Shown: in pieces, positions 9,601-17,594 of the stretch | How positions within the stretch are numbered: position 1 is the stretch's first letter | Layout of the letters: every line of letters starts with the position of its first letter | Notes under the pieces: generated by a model | Seen by the model: the letters and a program-made list of their open reading frames with translations, nothing else | Told to the model about the DNA's origin: nothing | The model's database searches: none | Position numbers and translations under genes: made by a program | Origin: Candidatus Zixiibacteriota bacterium | GTDB lineage: Bacteria > Zixibacteria > MSB-5A5 > GN15 > FEB-12 | DNA length: 25,533 nt | Reading direction: 5' to 3' | NCBI GenBank assembly: GCA_041742355.1 | Contig: JBGSIV010000126.1 | Span: 1-25,533 of the forward strand

Positions 9601-10542
9601 CATCCGCACCCCCTGCCCGCCGACAGTCAGCCAGTAGACGGTGCGGTCGCTGTAGTGGTGGTTCACGAAGGTTCCGGCCGATCCCGGGGCGTGTTGCCAC
9701 CGATCCGGACCCTCGGCGAAAAACAGCACGTAGTCGGTGGCGCCGAAAGAGCCGTCGCCGCCATCCTCGACCAGCACCGCGACCTCGTCAAACGTCGGCC
9801 GGGGTGTAGTGTTGTCGTACGGCAACGGTGCCCCGCCGCCGGTGTACAGGCGCAATGTCGAGGACGCGAGCCCGTTCAGTGACAGCCCGGCTTCGGCCAA
9901 CTGGCTGCCATAAATCCGGCACAGGCCGGTCTGGTTCACCGCGACCTTGTACCATGTTCCGCCGTCGGCAAACGGCCCCGATACCGCCGCCGATTTAGGT
10001 GCCGGCGCCGCAGTGGGCCAGCTCTTGAACGCATCGAAATTCACGATCCGGGCTCCAAAGACCCGGTCAAACCATGGATCACTCGCGGTGGCCCCGGATT
10101 TCGCCCCGCCGCGGAACGTCAGCCGCACGGCGACGTTTTCGACGCACAGGCCATCCGGAGAGAGCGGGTTGATCCGCAGCGTCACCATCTGCCGCCCGCG
10201 CACCGTAAACGGCTCCGAGACTTCGACCAGCGGGCGCACCACACCGGAAATGTCTGTGGCCGCCAGGACCTTCGACGCGGCAATGCGTGAGCGCACTTCG
10301 GCGGACGTCACCTCAACCTGCGCCCCGGTCGGAATCCCGACCGTCAGCAGGGCGTGGTAACCCGACAGCGAATCAGATTCAACACTGCTGGAAAGATGCA
10401 GGGGATCAAGCGTGATTTGGAAATACAGGCCGGCGCGATCCGAGGTGATCACGGAGACTTCGTCGCTCGACGCCGCATGGGGGGCAAAGGCGAGAAGAAG
10501 GATGAAGCTCCAGAAGAGCGATGTATACAGCCGAAGGTCCAT
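6676..10542 (-). CDS. porU: T9SS sortase PorU-like C25 (gingipain-family) cysteine peptidase with C-terminal CTD
   Basis: WYKVAVNQTGL; DPTAIRDFLKY; LLVGDGSFDY; catalytic dyad motifs YIGHG and AASC; FFGDP; KAWDNANNSS; CTD LLNYPNP...ATGVYIFK...GKVILVN. ATG 10542 gives a clean signal peptide (MDLRLYTSLFWSFILLLAFAPHAASS); the track's TTG 10587 is an alternative start. Confidence 0.85.
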   Translation of the reverse strand: MDLRLYTSLFWSFILLLAFAPHAASSDEVSVITSDRAGLYFQITLDPLHLSSSVESDSLSGYHALLTVGIPTGAQVEVTSAEVRSRIAASKVLAATDISGVVRPLVEVSEPFTVRGRQMVTLRINPLSPDGLCVENVAVRLTFRGGAKSGATASDPWFDRVFGARIVNFDAFKSWPTAAPAPKSAAVSGPFADGGTWYKVAVNQTGLCRIYGSQLAEAGLSLNGLASSTLRLYTGGGAPLPYDNTTPRPTFDEVAVLVEDGGDGSFGATDYVLFFAEGPDRWQHAPGSAGTFVNHHYSDRTVYWLTVGGQGVRMALESVDPTSPADTTITSFRRTVHVEQDNLLRQFNDGKILDYYSWYWTKESPAQLFIPASGYVSGTAAELRSYGRTFDPDFDDPLVGYMEVTANGQRAVPIAQNQFYCQFTVTNLLDGLNNIRLNMWGASDVAPYLNYVDLTYQSRLVPMGSSLDLPLGGSTLPNARLEVVDSYGQSLVALRIDNPRRPVRLDSLTRAGGTLDLVVDLTPTGPNRFFFGASSAAFAPIAIERTTPVDLYAVGEQIDGIIITSQQLAPGLAEYIDLWEGRGINLRTVTVDDIMDNFAFGLYDPTAIRDFLKYAYENYPSPAPHTALLVGDGSFDYLDNLRTGMSNVVPPFVLPSDLDESASDDNYVYFGRYGIVDSDTSYAVPPDRGLDMVIARWPVRTAAEIGTIVEKTRRYESPATYGPWRSKITLVADDERGGTYANETFHVAIGAEPLDRSHIPQTFRREKIYLWDYPRVGRLKPSVNDAIVRSVNEGTLLIDYIGHGNPDVWADERVFYRDADLPRLQNADRLPLFYAASCAIGFFDDPAREGMAEELLVYPNGGAIAIISAMRLVYASENSTFNRKVFDILLTADSLSMAEAFFVAKLERQYNGGTIPVPNTNDRAYLFFGDPFLRLGLPHLRVEFDEAPDSLMALGRTLVSGRVVDHDGVLRNADGRLLIDVYDSNREKQFRLFNTSGQVISTVNYTLPGPTIYRGTATITNGEFSFEFVTPLDVGYGGTGARIMAYAELTATDGIGAVDSLPVSGAVAPTTDSAGPEITYGFPNIAGFSDGGTVTAEDVLRIGLADSSGINLAGGLGHGITLLIDDRPEQMVDLTGLYAAEQDDFTRGGLDYRLEGLEPGRHTFKIKAWDNANNSSTVEFAAEVVAAGGTVLADLLNYPNPMQESTRFSYRLTAGVQRVSLEIFTLSGRRIRSFDRYPTDPGYYDDIIWYGDDYAGDRVATGVYIFKATAYPAGGEAVESFGKVILVN

Positions 10543-10697
10543 AGAAAACAGGCTACCGCCAAACCTGAAGACCGGTGCAGAAATCAACCGATGTCGAAAG
10601 GCTTGGACGCAAGATCACCGAATGAGAATGAGTGAACCTTAATACTTACGATAGCCGTGGTCCTATAGACATTCCTCCATGCTGTATAAATCGTTTA

Positions 10698-10726
10698 AGG
10701 ATAGAAAGTTCCCTCTTGGAAGTCAA
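10698..10726 (-). promoter_or_regulatory. Putative sigma70 promoter of the porU-porV operon
   Basis: TTGACT (10726-10721), 17-nt spacer, TATCCT (10703-10698) on the minus strand, in an AT-rich intergenic region. Confidence 0.6.
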
Positions 10727-10934
10727 GAGGGCAAAACGCTAATTTTGCGTTAGACACTGCAAGAACCCGGCCGGAAACACCGAAGGACCGCACTTCTCAT
10801 CCTAAGTTCTTCTCCCCAAACGCAATAACATTGGGATTCCCGATCCCCGGCTGCTCCAACCACACCCTTTTGGGCCAGAAATCGTGCGCAAACAGTGAAA
10901 CCCGCTTCACAGTTCTTCCCCTGCCACCCCCCTG

Positions 10935-11516
10935 TCAACGGTACCGCTCCAGTTCTTCGGCCAATTCACGGCTCAGGCTCTCGGTGGCGTCCTGGGACCG
11001 ATCAAGGTCGGCGACATATGTCTCCACATCAGCCTTCGGGTAGAAGACAACGTTGTACACGTCGTAGTACTGATCGACCATCTCTCCGAACAGCCCTATT
11101 ACCCGGCTGTCGAACCGGCTTGAATCGCGCACCCAGTCCCAGCCATACTCGAGGTTGTCCTCCCAGGCTTGCAGGATCGGACGGTCCTTCGCCACCGAGT
11201 TCTCGATCACCTGCTGGAAATCCGCGGCCGGAATCACCTGTGCGCGTCCGCGGTTGCCGTTGTCCCACTCCCGGGCAAACTGCCGGCCGATGTACACAAG
11301 CCGGGCCGCGCTCGAATCAATATGCTGCTTCAGAAGCGCTGCTTTGGTCAACTCGGCGGCGCTGTCAAAGTTCCGCGCCCAGGCCCGGCGCAGCTCGCTC
11401 GCTTGGGTCGACGACGCCGCGGTCTGTTCCTCGGCGGTGCGGCCGGTCTCGATCTTGATCGCACTACAACCGGCCGCAGCCAGCACGACGGCCACGATGA
11501 ACAGCAGATGTCGCAT
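10935..11516 (-). CDS. Hypothetical lipoprotein
   Basis: MRHLLFIVAVVLAAAG-C lipobox with Cys17; starts 11 nt after the tnaA stop; no family recognised. Confidence 0.75.
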   Translation of the reverse strand: MRHLLFIVAVVLAAAGCSAIKIETGRTAEEQTAASSTQASELRRAWARNFDSAAELTKAALLKQHIDSSAARLVYIGRQFAREWDNGNRGRAQVIPAADFQQVIENSVAKDRPILQAWEDNLEYGWDWVRDSSRFDSRVIGLFGEMVDQYYDVYNVVFYPKADVETYVADLDRSQDATESLSRELAEELERYR

Positions 11517-11527
11517 TCCCGGTGTCT

Positions 11528-12928
11528 TCAGGCCTTGACCTCCTCCGGTGTCAGCATCGCCATATCGCAGGTGAAGTGCCGCAGGAATTTCGGTTCCCGC
11601 ACCACCTTCATACCTACCAGTTGATCCTTGCGGGCGGCGATCTTCGCCGCGGCCTCGGCGATATACTCATAGTGCGTATTGGTGTAGACGCGGCGCGGCA
11701 TCGCCATGCGGACCAGCTCTTTCGGCGCGTATACCATTTCCCCCGTCTCGGCATCGACCCCGCCGAACATGAGCGAGCCGATTTCGACCACGCGCACCCC
11801 GGCTTCGCGGTAGAACTCCACCGTCAGCGACTGTCCCGGGAAGTGCGCCGGCTTGATCTGCGGCAGAAAAGCCCCGGCGTCGATGAACACGGCGTGCCCG
11901 CCGGTCGGCTCGACAATTGGCATCCCGGCAGCCTTGATCAGCTGCCCGAAATACTCCACCTGCCCGACCCGGTAGTCGAGGTAGTCGAACTCCATGACCT
12001 CTTCCAGCCCGACCGCCAGCACCTCGAGGTCCCGGCCGGCCAGCCCGCCGTAGGTCGGGAAGCCCTCGACGATGATCATCAGCTCTGTGACCTTGCGGTA
12101 CAGCTCTTCATCGTTGAGCGTGATAAACCCGCCGATATTCGCCAGGGCGTCCTTCTTGGCCGACATCATCGCGCCATCGACGTAGCTGAACATCTCGGCG
12201 ACAATCTCCCGGATACTCCGGGTGGCGTACCCCGGCTCGTGGCGCTTGATGAAGTAGGCATTCTCGGCAAATCGCGCGCAGTCGAAGAAGAACGGCAGGT
12301 TGAATTCCCGGCACACCTCCGCCGTCGCCTTGATATTCGCCATCGACACCGGCTGCCCGCCGACCGAGTTGTTGGTGATCGTCATGATCACCATCGTGAC
12401 CCGATCCCGCCCGCGATCCTTGATGAACCGCTCCAGCCGGGGGACATCCATATTTCCCTTGAATGCCGATTTCTCGTCGGCCACTGCCTCACGGCAGGGC
12501 ATGTCGATCGGAATTCCTCCCTTGTGGAGGGTGTTCGCCCGGGTCGTGTCGAAATGGGTGTTGTTGATGATGTACTTGCCGCGCTCGCAGATGGTCGAGA
12601 ACATGAGGTTCTCGGCCGAGCGCCCCTGGTGGCACGGAATCACGAACTTCTTGCCGAAAATCTCCCGCACCGCCCGCTCGAAGCGACGGAACGAGGTCGC
12701 TCCCGCATACGACTCATCCCCCATCATCAAGGCCGCCCACTGCCGCGTGGACATCGCCGACGTCCCCGAGTCGGTCAGCAGGTCGATGTAAATATCCGCG
12801 GCGTCAATCTTGAAGATATTGTAGTTCGCCTCGACAATGCGCTTCTCGCGCTCGGGGCGGTTCAGCAGACGAACCGGTTCGACCGATTTTACCCGGTGCG
12901 GTTCGACCGGCGGACGATACTTGGCCAT
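11528..12928 (-). CDS. tnaA: Tryptophanase (PLP-dependent beta-eliminating lyase)
   Basis: IDLLTDSGT, GDESYAG, HQGR and the PLP-lysine motif MSAKKD. Specificity positions HFDTT, VEIGS and LRHFT are tryptophanase-type, not tyrosine phenol-lyase-type (YFTTT, MERG, LRFFT). AGGAG/AAGGA RBS. Confidence 0.9.
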   Translation of the reverse strand: MAKYRPPVEPHRVKSVEPVRLLNRPEREKRIVEANYNIFKIDAADIYIDLLTDSGTSAMSTRQWAALMMGDESYAGATSFRRFERAVREIFGKKFVIPCHQGRSAENLMFSTICERGKYIINNTHFDTTRANTLHKGGIPIDMPCREAVADEKSAFKGNMDVPRLERFIKDRGRDRVTMVIMTITNNSVGGQPVSMANIKATAEVCREFNLPFFFDCARFAENAYFIKRHEPGYATRSIREIVAEMFSYVDGAMMSAKKDALANIGGFITLNDEELYRKVTELMIIVEGFPTYGGLAGRDLEVLAVGLEEVMEFDYLDYRVGQVEYFGQLIKAAGMPIVEPTGGHAVFIDAGAFLPQIKPAHFPGQSLTVEFYREAGVRVVEIGSLMFGGVDAETGEMVYAPKELVRMAMPRRVYTNTHYEYIAEAAAKIAARKDQLVGMKVVREPKFLRHFTCDMAMLTPEEVKA

Positions 12929-12991
12929 TTCCTTCTCCTGTCATTTTCACGATACTACCTTGAACACAACAGCATCCTGAGAAGGCCAGCC

Positions 12992-13066
12992 TTACGGCAC
13001 CACTTTGACCCACCGATGGTGGTACTCCAACCCGAGATGAGGGGCCCAAAAACCCTGTTCTATCAT
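12992..13066 (-). CDS. Candidate TnaC-like leader peptide (24 aa, MIEQGFWAPHLGLEYHHRWVKVVP)
   Basis: ATG...CCG TAA upstream of tnaA; two Trp codons; Pro immediately before the stop. Weak RBS; starts 5 nt after the asparaginase stop. Confidence 0.35.
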   Translation of the reverse strand: MIEQGFWAPHLGLEYHHRWVKVVP

Positions 13067-13071
13067 CCCGC

Positions 13072-14094
13072 TCATACCCGTTTCAGGTTTACCTCGGCCA
13101 CGATCCGCCCGGTTACGGTGTTGCGCACGTTGCGCACCTCGGGCATCTCGTGCCGTTTCAGATAGGGAAAATCGTCGATATTCTTAATCAACCCCAGCTG
13201 CTTGAGCACCGCGACACACACCGCACCCAGCGCCCGCCAGTTGCCGTCGTGGATTTTCACGACTATCCCCAGCGGCGGGTCCGACAGCCCGATTCCCTCG
13301 ATCGATTCCGCCCCGACTTTGCAGACCAGGTTGCCCGGGAACGACCGTGCGAGGTCGAGGTCAAACCGGCCGTCGCCCGAGACCATCTCGGGGTATTCGG
13401 TCATCGCCCCTTTCACCCGGGCCAGCACCTGCATCATTTTCGAGTCGGGCGCATCGAGGTTGGCCAGCTTCTTGAAACCAAGCGCGAGGTTGTAGAGCGG
13501 CAGCGGGTAGTTGGGCGCGCTGCAGCCGTCGATTCCCACCGGCATCAGCTCGGCCGGATATTCGCACATCTGCGCCAGTGCATTTCGCACCAGTGTCTGT
13601 GTCTTCGAATTCGCATCGAGGTACTTCTCCACCGGCTCTCCCAGAAATCGCGCCAGCGCCAGAAAGCCCGAGTGTTTGCCCGAGCAGTTGTGCCGCAGCG
13701 GATCGCAATCTTCCCCGTTGCGCGGATATTCCCGGGCCTGCTCCATTTGCATCGGCCAGTGGGTGCCGCAGCGCAGATCGGCCGGACGGGAGCCGGAGCG
13801 CTCGAGGTTGCCGAATACGACATCCCGGTGGTCGTCGGTGCCGTTGTGTGACCCGCACATGATGGCGATCTGGCGGGGGGAGAAATCGTAATGATCGGCC
13901 GCGCCGGTCATGATCAGGGGCATGACCTGAAACGGCTTGATCGATGACCGCGTCATGGTCTTGAGGTACGGGTCCCCCGCATAGTGGCTCAGCTTGCCGT
14001 CGGCCCCCACGACTGCCACCGACCCGTAGTGTATCGCTTCCACCGACTCCCCCCGGTAGACCCGGGCGAGCGGGACAATCTCTGGTGTAATCAT
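13072..14094 (-). CDS. L-asparaginase, Rhizobium etli-type (Asparaginase_II / class 3)
   Basis: Motifs RSSIKPFQ, CGSH, HNCSGKHSG, DGCSAP, KVGAE and KIHDG. ATG 14094 is preferred to the track start at 14130. Confidence 0.88.
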   Translation of the reverse strand: MITPEIVPLARVYRGESVEAIHYGSVAVVGADGKLSHYAGDPYLKTMTRSSIKPFQVMPLIMTGAADHYDFSPRQIAIMCGSHNGTDDHRDVVFGNLERSGSRPADLRCGTHWPMQMEQAREYPRNGEDCDPLRHNCSGKHSGFLALARFLGEPVEKYLDANSKTQTLVRNALAQMCEYPAELMPVGIDGCSAPNYPLPLYNLALGFKKLANLDAPDSKMMQVLARVKGAMTEYPEMVSGDGRFDLDLARSFPGNLVCKVGAESIEGIGLSDPPLGIVVKIHDGNWRALGAVCVAVLKQLGLIKNIDDFPYLKRHEMPEVRNVRNTVTGRIVAEVNLKRV

Positions 14095-14136
14095 AGGGTG
14101 AAAGATACAGCGCGGTGGCGGAAATGCCACAAAATA

Positions 14137-16488
14137 TCATGGCCCGTGGATTCGGACCCGGGCGAGCGGGCCGGCATCAAACTGCAGCCCGGTCGGCTCG
14201 TGGGCGCTCCCAATGCGGAAGTCATCGGACAAACCCGTAATCCAGATCTGGTCCACCCAGCCGTCGATCGGGTTCCCCTCCGATAGAGCGTCTACCGTCA
14301 CCAGCATTTTGAAAGCGGAGTCCACTCCTTCGACCGACACTTTCGCATCGATGTACCACTCCCCGCGCTCGTCCTGAGCCGTCGTCCACTTGACCGTGTA
14401 ACTCGGCAGAGCCGTCCCATATACCCACTGCCGGAAAAACCAGCCCATGTCGGCGTGTACCTCGTTCTCGACAGCCCGCCGAAACTCGGCGGTCGTGGTC
14501 TCCCGTCCCCTGCATGCCCCGTAGAATCGCCGCAGCATCCCGTTGAAGTCCCCCTCAGCGATTCCATGCTGGATGCCGATCGGATCAAGCAACTGCTCCA
14601 ATAAGATCAGGACCAATGCCCCCTTCTTGTAGACGATGAGCTGGTAATCTCCCTCCGTCTTGCTGCTCGCGGTGCGCGGGCCAAGGATGATCGGCCCGGC
14701 CTCAGCGCCTTTCAGGCCGAAGCCGTAGTCCCGCACCGAGAAAATGTCGTCCCGCCACTCATCGAGAGTTTTCCGGGCGTTCTTCGGATCGACCAACTGC
14801 AGGTACTTCCACGCCGCGTATTGGGCGAACCCCTCCGACAGCCACTGATCGTGGTAGCTCTCATAGCCGACGGCCACGCCCCACCACTGGTGGGCGGTCT
14901 CGTGCGCTCGGAACAGGCGCTCGTTGCCCCACTGGTCGGTCTTGAACCAGGTCTGCATTCCGAGGTGCAGCAGCCCGGGGAACGCCTCGCCGTGGTACGA
15001 AAAAACCTCGGCGACTTTGAGTCGATCATACGGGGGCGGCCCGAACATCGCCGCGTACAGATCCGCCGCCCCGACCACATCCGCCGCCACCTGCTTCTCT
15101 ATGTCTTTGGTCAGGCTCTCGTACCCGAGTTTACCCCAACTGGCCCGTTCGTGGACATCCTCTGAGTAGTAGATGTCGACCGGCCCGGAGAGCTCGGTGC
15201 CGAATTCGAATTTCGTCAGAGGCCCGATGGCAAACGACACGGCCGGGGCCGGTTCCTTCACCTCCCACCGGGTCACCAACGTATCCCCGACAACCTCGCG
15301 CCCGATCTCGTCCCCCACCGCCACGAACTCGTACTCGGAGGGGGTGCGAAAGGTCATGGAGAATGTGGCGTGCTGGTGGTAGGACAGGTGCGGGTACCAT
15401 TCTCCGCCGGCGGTCACGTCGAAGACTCCCGCCAGCGCTTTGGCAATTTCCCCCTCGGAAAAGACGCGCAGCCTCAGCGTGTCGCCGCCGCTGATTGCTT
15501 CTGGCAGGAACAGGTACAACTCCGGCTTCTGGTGGTCCTTGTCCTTGTGGCGCACGAATGGCACCCGCCTCCCGGATGCGTCGAACACGCTGTCCACCCG
15601 CAGCTCCGGGTGGAGGTAGAGCCGGGCGAGCCGGGTCGGTGCGCCGTAGGCCAGCAACGTAGCCGAGGCCTCGCCGATGAAATTCCCCTTGCGATCGATG
15701 CGGCTGTCCAGGTCGTAGTGGAGCGCAGACAGTCGCCCCCTGGGTGTGCCGTTAATCAGCTCGTACGTCTCATCGAGCCCCTCGGCGTAGCTGTTCACCA
15801 GTTCGAAGTAATCCGCTCCCGGCGCCCGGTACTCCCGCCAGAGGGCCACCTCTTCGCTCGAAAAGGGATTATAGACATACACCAACCGGTCGGTCTTCTT
15901 CGGCCGGCAGTTGATCATTAGCAACGGCTCTTCCTGCGGCTCCAGCAATGCCCGCATGATGCTGAAGACGTGGGAGTAGTTTTCATCCTTCGTGAGATCT
16001 TTGAGACGTTGCCGCCCCTCGTTGATCATCCGCCGGGGCGTCTTCTCCCCCGACCGATGGCAGCCGGCCCGGACTTGCCCGTAGATCGCACGGTCGAACA
16101 GGAGCAATGCCCCGTCGATTTCACGGTCGAGCGAGTCACTGCCGAAGAATCGCCGCAGTTGGTCCTTTTCGATGCTCACCGGCGGCTGAAATCGAATCCG
16201 CCCCTTCCCCTCATAATATGCGGCGAAGTACCGCTCCTCACCATCCAGCGCCACCGGTTCGAAGAAGGCCACGCTCCCCGCGCCCAATTCCAGGCGGCAG
16301 TCGGCGTGTTCGATCACCAGTCCGTCGGTGACCCAGACCGAGTCCCGCTGTGGTTCGCCGCGCGCCATCAGCAGCAATCCTTCACGGAGCGAGTCGGCGG
16401 AGGTCGCCGCTGTCCCCTGGACAGGTCCGGAGATCACCATAGTCAGGGCACTCACGACGAGGATGATGCAGCGGCAACAGACGTTCAT
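14137..16488 (-). CDS. Secreted M1-family (aminopeptidase N-like) gluzincin
   Basis: Signal peptide; HETAH-x18-E (HETAHQWWG...WLSEGFAQY); YKKGA; FFRQWVYG. Confidence 0.85.
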   Translation of the reverse strand: MNVCCRCIILVVSALTMVISGPVQGTAATSADSLREGLLLMARGEPQRDSVWVTDGLVIEHADCRLELGAGSVAFFEPVALDGEERYFAAYYEGKGRIRFQPPVSIEKDQLRRFFGSDSLDREIDGALLLFDRAIYGQVRAGCHRSGEKTPRRMINEGRQRLKDLTKDENYSHVFSIMRALLEPQEEPLLMINCRPKKTDRLVYVYNPFSSEEVALWREYRAPGADYFELVNSYAEGLDETYELINGTPRGRLSALHYDLDSRIDRKGNFIGEASATLLAYGAPTRLARLYLHPELRVDSVFDASGRRVPFVRHKDKDHQKPELYLFLPEAISGGDTLRLRVFSEGEIAKALAGVFDVTAGGEWYPHLSYHQHATFSMTFRTPSEYEFVAVGDEIGREVVGDTLVTRWEVKEPAPAVSFAIGPLTKFEFGTELSGPVDIYYSEDVHERASWGKLGYESLTKDIEKQVAADVVGAADLYAAMFGPPPYDRLKVAEVFSYHGEAFPGLLHLGMQTWFKTDQWGNERLFRAHETAHQWWGVAVGYESYHDQWLSEGFAQYAAWKYLQLVDPKNARKTLDEWRDDIFSVRDYGFGLKGAEAGPIILGPRTASSKTEGDYQLIVYKKGALVLILLEQLLDPIGIQHGIAEGDFNGMLRRFYGACRGRETTTAEFRRAVENEVHADMGWFFRQWVYGTALPSYTVKWTTAQDERGEWYIDAKVSVEGVDSAFKMLVTVDALSEGNPIDGWVDQIWITGLSDDFRIGSAHEPTGLQFDAGPLARVRIHGP

Positions 16489-16580
16489 CGACTACTTCCT
16501 CGGCAGTACGGGTTCACACGTTCCTCCGGGGAGGCCCGGAGAGAAACACCTCTCTTTGGGCCGGGTCGGCGGGGCGCCAT

Positions 16581-17037
16581 GGCTCCGGTGTTCCGGGGCG
16601 GAGACAAGCCCCGCCCCTACGCGGGGGAAAGGGGATTGGGTTCGTTTGTGCATCTTGCGGTTATCCTTCAAGGTCGGGTTTCTCGGGGCTTACGCCCCTC
16701 GGAACACCGACCTACGTCCAAGACCAATTGGGTTCGTTTGCGCAAATTCCCTGTTCCAGACTCTCCCTTTGTCAGGCTCCAAGGAGCCTGACCTACTGGA
16801 GGAGCATTTGTATCGGGCTGCCCGCAGCAGAGCTGCGGGTTACCTGTTCGTACACCGTGCTCAGTCTTCCTGCTCTTATCGTGAGAGCAACCCACCATAA
16901 ATGGTGGGCCACCTGAGAACCCAGAGAATCCTCTCCCACCGCAAGCGGTGGGGCACCCGGGCAGCAGAGCTGCGGGTTACTAAGTCGAGTAGTAGTGCAT
17001 TCTAGACTGCCCGCAGCAGAGCTGCGGGTTACCTGTT
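16581..17037. repeat. REP/BIME-like palindrome mosaic, copy 1
   Basis: GC-rich hairpins ending in CTAC (GTAG head on the minus strand) at 16595-16620, 16673-16715 and 16771-16796; GCAGCAGAGCTGCGGGTTAC x3 (16824, 16961, 17013); CCCACC-N-GGTGGG hairpins at 16891 and 16935. Confidence 0.85.
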
Positions 17038-17158
17038 TCAACAGGCCGTTGGGCAGGACTGACATTTCCCCATGTTCCAAAGGTAGACGTCCCTATGTTC
17101 TAAAGATAGACGGCGGACGGCCGCTAATCTACTGGAAAGAATCCCCCGAAACGCCCAA

Positions 17159-17180
17159 CGCCGGCACTTCCGTGCCGGCG
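17159..17180 (-). terminator. Possible terminator or stabilising hairpin after the small membrane protein gene
   Basis: Perfect 9-bp stem CGCCGGCAC/GTGCCGGCG with a GGAA loop on the minus strand; U-tract is weak. Confidence 0.35.
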
Positions 17181-17221
17181 CTGCCGGCGTACACCTGTGC
17201 GCCCCGTCCCCCTGCCCGAGG

Positions 17222-17359
17222 CTACCACGGCATGCTGGGCATCTTCTTGCTCAAGGTCGAACGCACTTCCATTTTGGCGTGCTCCCGTCCCAACCAGTAG
17301 CCCAGCACAAGGGCGACGATTCCTCCCGTGACCAGCCACCAGACTCCAGATCCGTTCAT
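17222..17359 (-). CDS. 45-aa single-pass membrane protein (below the ORF-track cutoff)
   Basis: AAGGAGG 5 nt before ATG; MNGSGVWWLVTGGIVALVLGYWLGREHAKMEVRSTLSKKMPSMPW*; hydrophobic helix followed by a basic tail. Confidence 0.7.
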   Translation of the reverse strand: MNGSGVWWLVTGGIVALVLGYWLGREHAKMEVRSTLSKKMPSMPW

Positions 17360-17594
17360 CCGTTCCTCCTTGCTATCGAAAGTGAATTACCTGCAGGGGG
17401 GTGACACGGCGCGATGAAGAGGCGGTCCCTGTCAGTCTTACAACAAGACGACCGGTACGCGGGTTCGAAAGAATCACCTCCGACGGTCTCCGCTTCCTCC
17501 CCCCGCGCCTCCGGCTGCCGAAAGTCCTTGCCCTCGCCCCACCCGATCACTACTATTTTGCGAAACACCGGACACCGCGTATCGAAAGACCAAT

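Noticed and set aside
11528..12928. Tyrosine phenol-lyase
   Set aside because: Diagnostic positions (FDTT, VEIG, RHFT) are tryptophanase-type.
12929..13071. Known riboswitch or T-box upstream of tnaA
   Set aside because: Short hairpins are present, but I could not match conserved motifs of TPP, SAM, c-di-GMP or T-box elements. An Rfam/Infernal scan would be decisive.
2228..13165. Long plus-strand ORFs (2228-3655, 3989-5815, 7057-9165, 11522-13165)
   Set aside because: Antisense shadows of well-supported minus-strand genes, expected in high-GC DNA; no recognisable motifs.
16818..17037. CRISPR array from three GCAGCAGAGCTGCGGGTTAC repeats
   Set aside because: Irregular spacing (137 and 52 nt), the intervening DNA holds other palindromes, and there are no cas genes. 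Fits REP elements better.
17124..17339. 71-aa track ORF on the minus strand
   Set aside because: No RBS or motif; the overlapping 45-aa frame (17222-17359) has a strong RBS and a TM helix.
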